Of a DNA stretch of 64,000 nucleotides, positions 46,368 through 55,306 are shown piece after piece. The stretch spans positions 1,095 to 65,094 of the forward strand of contig JAGKWY010000007.1 in NCBI GenBank assembly GCA_021151625.1, read 5' to 3'. The notes under the pieces were generated by a model. That model searched no databases. It worked only from the letters and a program-made list of their open reading frames with translations, and had not been told where the DNA came from. The position numbers and the translations under genes were made by a program. Position 1 is the first letter of the stretch. Every line of letters begins with the position of its first letter. Source of the DNA: Gammaproteobacteria bacterium (GTDB taxonomy: Bacteria; Pseudomonadota; Gammaproteobacteria; Pseudomonadales; Cellvibrionaceae).

Positions 46368-46388
46368 TTTGCGCTATCCTAGTGAGCA

Positions 46389-46521
46389 TAACATTTGTAT
46401 ACCGCGCATGCGCGTTATCTCTCCTAATAAAATCTCCTAGCACTTTTATCTAACCCTTTGAAAGCGATCAAATTGGTTGGCTCTTTTGGAGATTTTCCAG
46501 GGGGGAACAACGCGCATGCGC
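46389..46521 (-). repeat. attC-like imperfect palindrome built on CGCGCATGCGCG
   Basis: TAAC at 46389. CGCGCATGCGCGTT (46404-17) pairs with AACGCGCATGCGC (46509-21), and AAAATCTCC (46429-37) pairs with GGAGATTTT (46488-96). The TTGTTA-type end is not recognisable. Confidence 0.4.
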
Positions 46522-46680
46522 ATTAATATTCCAGAGCTTGCGCATTTTGCCGGGTGCTCTGGTACCTAAAGCGTTGAATATAGAAGGCTTTTGTGGCGAT
46601 TGGAAGAGGATACTGCGCAGTGTAAAGGAGATATACGCGCATGGGTGTTGGTTGAATGGCAATACACTGTATATCCAACC

Positions 46681-46703
46681 AAAAAAGGCGGCATTGCCGC
46701 CTT
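46681..46703 (-). terminator. Rho-independent terminator after the pectate lyase gene
   Basis: aaggcggc-att-gccgcctt hairpin followed by TTTTTT on the minus strand, 22 nt after the stop. Confidence 0.75.
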
Positions 46704-46724
46704 AAGTTGATTGCTGAAGATTAA

Positions 46725-48449
46725 TTACTGGAATATCGCCAGCTTACCTGCGCCTACATAGGTGGGCACCAGGGTTGGCAGGGAGGATGCGCTGTTGATG
46801 GTGTATTGGTAGTAGTCGCGCGGGTTAAAGGCTTGGCCATTATCTACGTGTAATATCCATTCAGCAGTTGGGCTAAATAATTTCACAATGTTGTCGTTGG
46901 TGAAAGTGACTTTTGCGCTTTGTTCACTGTCTTCACTGACTACGTAAAGCTCACCACTATCCACCAGAATATTATTCGCCTCCAGATACAACTCTGCCTC
47001 CGGACCCGCTAATGCGATATAAGAAATCTGACGCGCTGGGCCAGTGCGATCATTGAAAAAATAATTGTTATAGACATGTGCTTTACCGAAGCGCACGCGC
47101 GGGTGACGTTGATAGGTATTTTCAAAATAATTGTGATGGTAAGTCACATGCAAACGACCCGAGTCCTGCACTGCATTGCTATCCACATGCCCCAGCAACA
47201 TGGTTTTGTTGTAATGATAGAAATGGTTCCAGGAAACCGTTACCCAGTCGCCACCGCGTTTTACATCTACCGCACCATCAATACGACCGGCCAAACTGGA
47301 ATTGGGCGCACTGTAAATAAAAGTGTTGTGATCCACCCATACGTGATGAGAAAAACACTCAACGGTGATTGCGTCCGCATCGGGATTGGTGCCTGCATCA
47401 TATACATCGCGGAAGGTTAAATTGCGAATGATCACATTGGAAACATAATTATTATTCGCGTTGTAAGCATCCAGGCAACCGGTAGCACCGCCAATGCGGA
47501 AACCAATTTGACGCAGGTTTGCGCTATTACCTACACCCACAATCGTTTTGTTAGAAGCTACATTAAATTTTACGTAACCACTGGGAGGCTGAATATTGCC
47601 CTCCACCTGAATCACATAGGGCTCAACAGCCGTTACATAAGTTTGCAATTGTTCGAAGGTTGTTGCTCGCACTACTGCCCCACCCGCTCCACCGGTTGTT
47701 CCCGGAACCCCTAGCGCAGCAACAGTAGCAAAACCGGTTAATGAAAAATCCGGCTCTTCCGTAATGGGTACACTGGATGAAGAGCGACTGGAAATAAATT
47801 GTGTGGATGAACTCGCCAGCTGAATGGACGAACTACTGGAAGAGCTACTGAAAATACGACTGGAAGATTGTAGCGAAACAACAGAAGAGTTTATTGAAGA
47901 GCTGGAAGACTTGACTGAAGTACTCACAGATGAAACTACTGCCAGGCTACTGGATGTAGCCGCGCCGCATTGCGCAGCCACTGCATTGCCACTCACCGTG
48001 AGTGAATCGATATTAGCAATTTCTTGCGATCCGGTTGCACGCAAGCGCAATTGGTTAACACCCGCAGTAAAATTAATATTTTTAGTTACCGTACTCCAAC
48101 TAGCAAGCGACGCCGTGCGCGGAAAAGACAAGCTGCCTGATGAGCCATTTACCGTTAAGCCCGCACTGGTTGAACCTAGATTTGCATAACGAAAAGTTAC
48201 CGCATAACTTCCGGATGCAGGCACGCTTATTTGATAACTGATCCCCTGCCCGCCGGAATTATTGATATCGACATAACCCGCACCGGTATAGCCAGCATTT
48301 GCGCTACTGATAACACCGTCATAGCTGCAAAACCCTGGATCATTTTCCTGGATTGTAACGGCCGCATTGGCCAGCATCGGGATTGAAAGAGAAATCAGCG
48401 CCATAACAACCGCTGATGTATTTTTTATCTTCGCGATTTTTTTACACAT
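46725..48449 (-). CDS. Secreted pectate lyase (PL1) with N-terminal carbohydrate-binding module and Ser-rich linker
   Basis: Signal peptide, CBM6/35-like module and a poly-Ser linker. PL1 motifs HHVWVDHNTF, RIDGAVDVKRGGDWVTVSWNHF and RHPRVRFG. Confidence 0.9.
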   Translation of the reverse strand: MCKKIAKIKNTSAVVMALISLSIPMLANAAVTIQENDPGFCSYDGVISSANAGYTGAGYVDINNSGGQGISYQISVPASGSYAVTFRYANLGSTSAGLTVNGSSGSLSFPRTASLASWSTVTKNINFTAGVNQLRLRATGSQEIANIDSLTVSGNAVAAQCGAATSSSLAVVSSVSTSVKSSSSSINSSVVSLQSSSRIFSSSSSSSSIQLASSSTQFISSRSSSSVPITEEPDFSLTGFATVAALGVPGTTGGAGGAVVRATTFEQLQTYVTAVEPYVIQVEGNIQPPSGYVKFNVASNKTIVGVGNSANLRQIGFRIGGATGCLDAYNANNNYVSNVIIRNLTFRDVYDAGTNPDADAITVECFSHHVWVDHNTFIYSAPNSSLAGRIDGAVDVKRGGDWVTVSWNHFYHYNKTMLLGHVDSNAVQDSGRLHVTYHHNYFENTYQRHPRVRFGKAHVYNNYFFNDRTGPARQISYIALAGPEAELYLEANNILVDSGELYVVSEDSEQSAKVTFTNDNIVKLFSPTAEWILHVDNGQAFNPRDYYQYTINSASSLPTLVPTYVGAGKLAIFQ

Positions 48450-48677
48450 AAAAATTCCTCGGCAATGAGTTATTGATTATTGACCGAATATTTTTACGCT
48501 TATTATTAGAGTGCGACGCAAACTAAGCGTCAGACCAGATACTGTCAACGCTTGCGCTAATTAGTTATTGGAAACGGAAGAAATGTCTCAGTGAGAACGG
48601 AATTACTTTTTAGTGTAATTCATAAAACGATCACACAAGAAAAGATGAATAATCATTTTCTAATTAGCAAATAACCA

Positions 48678-49580
48678 TTAAATACTTTTCGCATCTATTC
48701 CGAAGGTCGCAATTGCAAAATCAATAAAACTGCGCAGCTTGGGCGTCATACGGCGATCCGGTGCGTGCAGCAAATGAAAGGCACGTGCCGGTACCGGAAA
48801 CTCCGGCAGGATTTCCACTAACCGCCCCGCCGCAATATCATCGCGCACCAACTCACTGGATTGCAGCAGGATACCCATGCCCGCGCGCGCCGCTACGAGT
48901 AAGGCCTCGCCATTATCCACCATTAATTTCCCACTCACAGGCACCGCAATAAACTCACCGTCTGAACCCATAAAGGTCCAGCGGCTGCGCAATTCCGTAT
49001 GGGAAAAGCCCAGACATTCATGCAGCGCAAGATCATTGGGATGGGAAATAACCGAATGCCTGGCGATATAGGAAGGTGCCGCGCACAATTGCAAACGATA
49101 AGGCGCAAGTGCCCGCGCAATTAAACCGCTGTCGGATAATTCACCCACCCGAAAAACCACATCGATGCCTTCATCCACCAGATCTACATAGCGATTGGAT
49201 AAGGACATATCGACCGACACTTCCGGAAAGGCCGCCAAATAGTGCGGCAGGTGTTTAGCCAGCGCATGCACACCAAAAGTGACCGGTGCGTTAACACGCA
49301 AGCGACCGCGCGGGGTGCCACTACTCATCGCCGCCATGCCCTCTGCTGCATCTACTTCGGCAAGAATAATCTTTACACGCTCGTAATACGCAAACCCGGC
49401 TTCCGTCACATGGTGGCGACGGGTGGTGCGATTGATCAGCCTAACTCCCAGGTACTGCTCCAAAACCTGGATATGTTTACCCACCAGTTGGGAAGACATA
49501 TTCAAGCTATCGCCCGCCGCCGAGAAAGACCCGGATTCCACCGCTTTGGCAAATACACCCATACTCAGTAATCGATCCAT
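48678..49580 (-). CDS. LysR-family transcriptional regulator
   Basis: N-terminal HTH MDRLLSMGVFAKAVESGSFSAAGDSLNMSSQLVGKHIQVLE, about 300 aa. Divergent from the oxidoreductase gene. Confidence 0.9.
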   Translation of the reverse strand: MDRLLSMGVFAKAVESGSFSAAGDSLNMSSQLVGKHIQVLEQYLGVRLINRTTRRHHVTEAGFAYYERVKIILAEVDAAEGMAAMSSGTPRGRLRVNAPVTFGVHALAKHLPHYLAAFPEVSVDMSLSNRYVDLVDEGIDVVFRVGELSDSGLIARALAPYRLQLCAAPSYIARHSVISHPNDLALHECLGFSHTELRSRWTFMGSDGEFIAVPVSGKLMVDNGEALLVAARAGMGILLQSSELVRDDIAAGRLVEILPEFPVPARAFHLLHAPDRRMTPKLRSFIDFAIATFGIDAKSI

Positions 49581-49681
49581 TACAAACACTCCGTTTCAAG
49601 TAATGAATCATTTTCACCATTTATCCCAATATGTTTCAAGTCATACAGTGGGCAGGTCAATTCATCCCACAGGAGAGCGTC

Positions 49682-50308
49682 ATGAAAGTCACAATTATTG
49701 GTACCGGAAATATGGGGAAAGGCCTGGCACAGGAACTGGTTAAGGCCGGCCATCAACTCAACATAGGTTCACGCGAACCAGAAAAAGCTATCGCATTGGC
49801 CGAACAACTCGGCCGCGGCACCCGTGGAGGTAGTATTGCCGAATCCGTCACTCACGCGGACCTGGTTATTCTCGCAGTGCCCTATGGTGCACTGGCAAAC
49901 ACCATTCAGGATGCAGGCAATTTGCAAGATAAAACGCTGATTGATATTTCCAACCCCATCAGCGCGGATTACAAAGAGCTGGTGATTGGCCACAGCACCT
50001 CGGCGGCAGAAGAAATTCAAAAACTTGCCCCCAATGCCCTGGTCGTAAAAGCATTCAATACCATTTTCGCACCGCTATTAAGCACTGAAGGACGCAATGG
50101 AAAAACCTTGCAAACCTTTATTGCCAGCGATGACGCAAATGCAAAAGCAACTGTTTCTGAATTAGTGAAATCGATTGGCTTTGAAGCGATAGATTCAGGT
50201 GCGCTTGCTAATAGCCGCTACCTTGAACCTGTGGGAGAAATGAATATCCATTTCGGATTTTTTCTGGGGCATGGCCCGGTAGTTGCCCCAGCCTGGGTTA
50301 AGGTGTAA
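49682..50308 (+). CDS. NADPH-dependent F420 reductase-like NAD(P)-binding oxidoreductase
   Basis: Rossmann N-terminus MKVTIIGTGNMGKGLA, about 208 aa. Confidence 0.7.
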   Translation: MKVTIIGTGNMGKGLAQELVKAGHQLNIGSREPEKAIALAEQLGRGTRGGSIAESVTHADLVILAVPYGALANTIQDAGNLQDKTLIDISNPISADYKELVIGHSTSAAEEIQKLAPNALVVKAFNTIFAPLLSTEGRNGKTLQTFIASDDANAKATVSELVKSIGFEAIDSGALANSRYLEPVGEMNIHFGFFLGHGPVVAPAWVKV

Positions 50309-50404
50309 CGACTATTTGAGGGAAAACTAATTTCTGATAATGGGGGCCACGCACATTTTCTCCCCATTATCGGAAAACAGTTCAGCATCAGGTGAGTAAT
50401 AAAG

Positions 50405-51082
50405 TTATTTAGCTGTAGCAAGTGTTGGTGCAGGTAAATACACCCATAACACTCCTTTTGAATAATCCACCCCGTTTTGCACAAACGGTTTGTCTTTGCA
50501 TTTGCCGACAATTTTTAAATTACACCGGCTATAACCAACAAGGCTCTCATGTGGAAGGGAACAGACACGGAACACATTTTCCAGGTGTTGTTTGCGCTCA
50601 TCCGTTTGTTCGCCGAGACAAACATAACTCACCGGATTGGCAACAAAATAGTTACCAAAAAAACCGGCTTCAAAGAATGGATAACCATCTCGTTCGTCTA
50701 TCGTTGTTTGAAATCCTTGCGGAGCAGCAGGATTATCACTGCGCAATGAAATACGCACAGTTTTTTGGAAAAAATTGGTGCGCGCGGCAATACAAGCAGA
50801 CAAAATGTGCTTTTCGTTATTCGTTAATGCACGCTCAACCCAGGCAGGAACTCCACCTAACATTCCCGGAAATACATACCTTTCCCCTTGCACACTAACT
50901 ACAACGCTATCTTCTGCAGGCAATGCGCAGCTAACCAGGTATTTGAGCAGCTGCCGCCCCTGCTCAGTTTGTGCAAGCGCCTCATTGCGCAATGGAAATT
51001 CCTTCGCCGCAACACTGGAGACACCGCATAAAATAAAAAAAACGCCGGCGATTAACTGCCGGCGATGAGTAGAAAAAATCAT
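50405..51082 (-). CDS. Secreted Cys-containing hypothetical protein, coupled to the repeat protein
   Basis: The ATG at 51082 gives signal peptide MIFSTHRRQLIAGVFFILCGVSSVAA. The start lies 4 nt after the upstream stop. No recognised family. Confidence 0.6.
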   Translation of the reverse strand: MIFSTHRRQLIAGVFFILCGVSSVAAKEFPLRNEALAQTEQGRQLLKYLVSCALPAEDSVVVSVQGERYVFPGMLGGVPAWVERALTNNEKHILSACIAARTNFFQKTVRISLRSDNPAAPQGFQTTIDERDGYPFFEAGFFGNYFVANPVSYVCLGEQTDERKQHLENVFRVCSLPHESLVGYSRCNLKIVGKCKDKPFVQNGVDYSKGVLWVYLPAPTLATAK

Positions 51083-51086
51083 AAAC

Positions 51087-51446
51087 TTATTTAGCCAATG
51101 GTTCATCAGCCAGATCCACCAGAGGATTGCTGGTAAGCGCCTCCAGCTCCAGTCCATTTAATGGTAGCCCATTAATCGTCAAACCATTTAGCGGAAGGCC
51201 ATTAATAGTCAAGCCGTTCAATGGCAAACCGTTAATCGTTAAACCATTCAGTGGTAAACCATTTATCGTCAGACCATTCAACGGCAACCCGTTAATCGTT
51301 AAACCATTCAACGGCAATCCGTTAATGGTTAGACCATTGGGCGGCAATCCATTAATTGCAATGCCATTCTCCGCAGTACCCGCGTAAACAGGCTGCATGG
51401 TTACTGCCAGCAGCGCGCTGGCAACCAACATCTTTTTCGACATCAT
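51087..51446 (-). CDS. Secreted pentad-repeat protein ((I/L)NGL(T/P))n
   Basis: Signal peptide [22 protein letters not shown], then about 14 five-residue units as seven 30-nt DNA units. Short C-terminal tail. Confidence 0.75.
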   Translation of the reverse strand: MMSKKMLVASALLAVTMQPVYAGTAENGIAINGLPPNGLTINGLPLNGLTINGLPLNGLTINGLPLNGLTINGLPLNGLTINGLPLNGLTINGLPLNGLELEALTSNPLVDLADEPLAK

Positions 51447-51576
51447 AAATTGATCCCTTTTTTCAATTAATTCATGAATTAAAACAGGTCACAAAAACCT
51501 GCGCCCGAAGTTTCTCACAGATCATCGCCTAATCCAATCCAGACAAGCCATCCGGACAAAAACAACTTGCCCACGG

Positions 51577-53424
51577 CTAAACTTTAACCCTGTTATACAA
51601 ACGATATTTTTCATCATCGATATGCATAAAAGGTTTAAACATTACTGTTTTACCTGCTGTGTTTATTTGCCACTCAGTTTCGGTTTTGCGTTTTACACCC
51701 ATTAGCTGCTCACGGGAATAGATATCGTCAGGGGAATTGACAGGGAACAGCACCAGGGGACCAAAGACCAATGCAGCCATTTCCGGATGCTTCGCGTTGA
51801 GCGCTTCAAGGCGCAGCCCCATATCAAATTGGATTTTGACTGAATCCTTATCCGCCCAGGTGCGAGTGATTTCCACAAAGCTACCGGCGCTAATTGGCTG
51901 ATTTATTCTTTTACCATTAACAAGAATACTTGTCGCTGCTCCGGCCCACGCAGGAATACGCAGATTAAGTGCAAAGGCAATGGGCTTACTGCTGTGGATA
52001 AGCAACTCGATCTGGGAATCTAATGGATAGCGGGTTATTTGCTGTACGGAAAAGGTGTGGTTGGCGATACGCATTTCCACCTGTGAGGGCACATATAAAT
52101 TAACAAATAGCTGTTTATCATCTTGCAGATAACTGCTAATGCCATAATCAGCGGCCAGTTGAATAAACGTCCCCGAACAGCAGGGCCATTGCTCACCGCG
52201 ATAAAATTTAGTTGCCGTGTGATTGTAATCCGCATAATAAAACGTACTGCCATCAGGCAGTGTGGGTTTTGCCCCAAGTACCGTGTTATAAAGCACGCGC
52301 TCCATACTATCGCCATACACACTCGCACGCGTAATTTGCAACAGGCTGCGCGCAATTTTGAAGTGGCCATAGACACCACAAGGCGTTTCAAATGAACGAT
52401 GGGTATCGCTGAGGGAATTAAACAGTGTTTCAGTATCATCAGCAGCAATTAATTCTTCATTGGGCCCCCAACCACCTGTTGCGAATGACTGAGCCACAAT
52501 GAAATCAAAACCATTTTTAGCCGCTTGCAAATATTTTTGTTCGCCCGTAGCCAGATAGGCTTGAATCACTGAGTTCAAGGCGTTCACGTGACTATAGGCG
52601 TGCTTACCTTTAAACGGACTTATCCCTTTAGCGAGGGGGTCAAACAATGCCTCATTTTGCATAAACCTGAGGGCAATGGTTTTGTATTGCTCACCCATAC
52701 CCAATTGCCAGGCAATAAATAAATTTTCGGGCAAGGTGTAAGGCTCATCCCAAATTTCAGCCTCCTGGGCGTAAGGTCGCTGACGACGCTCTTCGCGTGT
52801 TAAGGCTTTTTCCGGCAAGAATGGTAAAACCGCATCGGTTAATTTTTCTAACGCTGCTTTTGCTTCCGTTACACCGGCGTAACGATAGGCATCGATTAGC
52901 CCTATTGCCAACTTGTCATAGGTGTAAGCAGGCAGATAATAATTTTCAAAGAACTTTTTAGAGATTGTGGTGGCATAGGCTTTGATTAAACCATCCACTT
53001 TTTTAGCGATAGCAACATCACCAGTAATTGCATAGCTGCGCGCTAACCCGGACACATACTGGCCAAAACTGTGCCCCGGTATATAGCCATGCCAATTAGC
53101 AGTACTCCAGTCATTTGGGTCAATATGAAAATCGCGCGAGTCATCGTACCAGCCCCCCATATCATCCCCGGGTGCAGGCAAGCCAGCGCGCGACCGGAAG
53201 GGCTTTAACAATTTATTATCGTCAATGCCCATAAATAAACGCTGCTGATAAGTAAATTGCTCCAACAAACGACTTTCGCCCAGCTTTACCTGCGCATATT
53301 CCGGCACCTGCAATTTTTCCAGCTGCGCTTTTTTCGCTGCGAACGTAAGTTGTATAGGTGCGGAGCAACCGCAAGCAACAAGGCAAGATGAGTTTATAAA
53401 TTGACGACGGGAAATTGTGGGCAT
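51577..53424 (-). CDS. GH127/GH146-like (DUF1680) beta-L-arabinofuranosidase family protein
   Basis: Tat-like signal SRRQFI, GH..GQYVSG motif, FETPCG and WPCCSGT Cys motifs reminiscent of the GH127 Zn/Cys site. About 615 aa. Confidence 0.7.
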   Translation of the reverse strand: MPTISRRQFINSSCLVACGCSAPIQLTFAAKKAQLEKLQVPEYAQVKLGESRLLEQFTYQQRLFMGIDDNKLLKPFRSRAGLPAPGDDMGGWYDDSRDFHIDPNDWSTANWHGYIPGHSFGQYVSGLARSYAITGDVAIAKKVDGLIKAYATTISKKFFENYYLPAYTYDKLAIGLIDAYRYAGVTEAKAALEKLTDAVLPFLPEKALTREERRQRPYAQEAEIWDEPYTLPENLFIAWQLGMGEQYKTIALRFMQNEALFDPLAKGISPFKGKHAYSHVNALNSVIQAYLATGEQKYLQAAKNGFDFIVAQSFATGGWGPNEELIAADDTETLFNSLSDTHRSFETPCGVYGHFKIARSLLQITRASVYGDSMERVLYNTVLGAKPTLPDGSTFYYADYNHTATKFYRGEQWPCCSGTFIQLAADYGISSYLQDDKQLFVNLYVPSQVEMRIANHTFSVQQITRYPLDSQIELLIHSSKPIAFALNLRIPAWAGAATSILVNGKRINQPISAGSFVEITRTWADKDSVKIQFDMGLRLEALNAKHPEMAALVFGPLVLFPVNSPDDIYSREQLMGVKRKTETEWQINTAGKTVMFKPFMHIDDEKYRLYNRVKV

Positions 53425-53427
53425 AAT

Positions 53428-55125
53428 TTAAACCTCGGCAAGAGCCAGATAACGAAAATCACTAATTTGCACTTTGCCTTTACCGGCACAATAGATACCT
53501 ACTTTTAAACTGAGAAATCCGCCAAACACATTGTGATTAATACCCGACACTTCCATACGGGTGGGATGCAGTTTCCAGTTGCGCCCATTATCAAAAGAAT
53601 ACTGATAAGTAATCACGTTGCGCTGGTTAATTAAACGCACGCGCACTTGTGACGAATTCGAGGGCACACGTGCCCAGGGATGCTCTTCCGCATATTGGAA
53701 TGTTTTTACAAACTCTGCTGTAAATCCCAATCCGACAAATGCTTTGTGGTTGTAAAACAGCAATAAGCCAGCCTCGGCGCCCTGCACTACATTGAGCGAG
53801 ACTTCCACCTGATACGCCCTGTCCCCCACCCCACAAGTGATGGGCGAGCTGTCTGCAGGTGATTTTCCAGCTGCATTCAGTTCCAACATTTTGTTGCCAA
53901 AATGTAAACGCTGCAAATCGGCGCTACCGGGATTGTGGAAGGCCCATTGACTACCGAATTTATTGCGCGAAAAATCATCGGATAATGCCGCGCCGGAAAA
54001 AAGTGCAGCGCTGGAATTTACGCTTGCTGACTTATCTGGAGTAGCCTTAACCGGCTTTACTAGAGGAACAGAAAGGTCGCCACCCTTTGCGCGAAACCAT
54101 CCATCGTCGGTCCATTCAATAGGTTCGAGGATGGCTTGTCGGCCAAGTGTTCTAAAACCATTTTCATAGGCGTGATATACCATCCACCAATCACCTTCCT
54201 TGCCATTCACGTTTGGCCCTTGAACCAGCGTTGCGTGACCGCGCGACCACCAGGGCTCAGCTTCAGATAATGTGCGTACTAACGGGTTGTGCGGGCAATG
54301 CTCCCATGGGCCGTGAATAGAGCGCGAGCGCGCTGCAATAACCATATGGCCAGTGACCGGGCCAGCAGTGCCGCCAACCGCGGTAACTAAATAAAACCAC
54401 TCGCCACGCCGCATTAATTTCGGGCCTTCCGGCGCAAAATTTTCAACAATCCAATCCTCCGGGTAGCGCCAGGGGCTATAGGCATTTTCAAGTTGGCCAT
54501 CCGTTGCAAGACCATCATCTGTTAAGCGAATTTTGCGAATACCATTGACGAATAAATAGCGTTTTCCATCTTCACCAACGGCGTGCCCCGGGTCGATACA
54601 ACCTTCAATTTTTAAATCGATGGGATCACTCCAGGGCCCGTTGATGTCGTCGGCCCAAATTACAAAAATCGACCAGGGGCTGCCATCGGGTGCGGCGGGA
54701 ATATAAATGTAATAGCGATCTCCATGTTTGCATAAATCCAGCGCCCACACAGTGCCAATATTTTTATGCAACGCCGGACCAAGGGGCACCCAATTTACCA
54801 GATCGCGCGAATGCCAAATAATAATGCCCGGATAGGAATTGAAGGATGAAAACGTCATGTAATAATCATCGCCATCCTTGAGGATGGTGGGATCTGGATG
54901 ATCGCCGGCAATAATAGGATTCAGGTACGTGCCGTTACCCAAATCCGCGATGCGCTGCCCTTCTATACTGCGGCCCCAGCGCGGAATTGCTGGCACTATT
55001 GCAGTTTGTGTTGTAGCAGAGGTGGCGCAAGGTAAAGAAGATGCTGCGGCAAGTTTTGTCAAAGGTGCAGCCAAAGTGCCTGCTACACAGGCCTTAAACA
55101 AAGTTCTGCGGGAATTATCAACCAT
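53428..55125 (-). CDS. GH43 beta-xylosidase/alpha-L-arabinofuranosidase with C-terminal ConA-like domain
   Basis: Tat-like signal NSRRTLFKA. NPIIAGDHPDPTILKDGDDYYM and further five-bladed propeller motifs. ATG at 55125 is preferred over the upstream TTG. Confidence 0.9.
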   Translation of the reverse strand: MVDNSRRTLFKACVAGTLAAPLTKLAAASSLPCATSATTQTAIVPAIPRWGRSIEGQRIADLGNGTYLNPIIAGDHPDPTILKDGDDYYMTFSSFNSYPGIIIWHSRDLVNWVPLGPALHKNIGTVWALDLCKHGDRYYIYIPAAPDGSPWSIFVIWADDINGPWSDPIDLKIEGCIDPGHAVGEDGKRYLFVNGIRKIRLTDDGLATDGQLENAYSPWRYPEDWIVENFAPEGPKLMRRGEWFYLVTAVGGTAGPVTGHMVIAARSRSIHGPWEHCPHNPLVRTLSEAEPWWSRGHATLVQGPNVNGKEGDWWMVYHAYENGFRTLGRQAILEPIEWTDDGWFRAKGGDLSVPLVKPVKATPDKSASVNSSAALFSGAALSDDFSRNKFGSQWAFHNPGSADLQRLHFGNKMLELNAAGKSPADSSPITCGVGDRAYQVEVSLNVVQGAEAGLLLFYNHKAFVGLGFTAEFVKTFQYAEEHPWARVPSNSSQVRVRLINQRNVITYQYSFDNGRNWKLHPTRMEVSGINHNVFGGFLSLKVGIYCAGKGKVQISDFRYLALAEV

Positions 55126-55225
55126 ATAAAATACCTGCGACAAAGAAACAGAAGCTACTTTTTAAATTAATAAATAGAAACATTTAAGAGGGGTAATGCG
55201 GAAAATTGTAGTCTCTATTGGCAAT

Positions 55226-55293
55226 ATATGTTCTTGCGAATAGCAAGATATGTGCTTGCGAAGTTTTTATTTTTTATTACTTTTCGCAAGCAC
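55226..55293. promoter_or_regulatory. Operator-like repeat set between the GH39 and GH43 genes
   Basis: Direct repeats ATATGTTCTTGCGAA (55226-40) and ATATGTGCTTGCGAA (55248-62), plus the inverted copy TTCGCAAGCAC (55283-93). The last two form an 11-bp stem. Confidence 0.4.
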
Positions 55294-55306
55294 AACAATC
55301 AAAGCA

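Larger units (their letters stand above)
40489..46660 (-). mobile_element. Integron-type gene-cassette array without an integrase in the window (CALIN-like)
   Basis: AT-richer block of at least 10 short minus-strand ORFs separated by attC-like imperfect palindromes (TAAC...TTGTTA on the + strand). ORF stops lie in or next to the TAACAAA end, and ORF starts lie 12-25 nt from the GTTA core. No tyrosine recombinase ORF is seen. The left boundary is uncertain. Confidence 0.7.

Noticed and set aside
46468-46662. 64-aa minus-strand ORF in the proximal attC-like region
   Set aside because: It has a TTG start without an RBS, spans the CGCGCATGCGC palindromes, and has no cassette-like boundaries. It is probably non-coding.
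47824-48189. 121-aa + strand ORF rich in E/L inside the pectate lyase gene
   Set aside because: It is a mirror image of the poly-Ser linker codons on the opposite strand, a low-complexity artefact.
51127-51387. 86-aa + strand ORF with its own repeats (PLIVKPF...)
   Set aside because: It is antisense to the pentad-repeat gene. The minus-strand frame has the signal peptide, an ATG and operon context.
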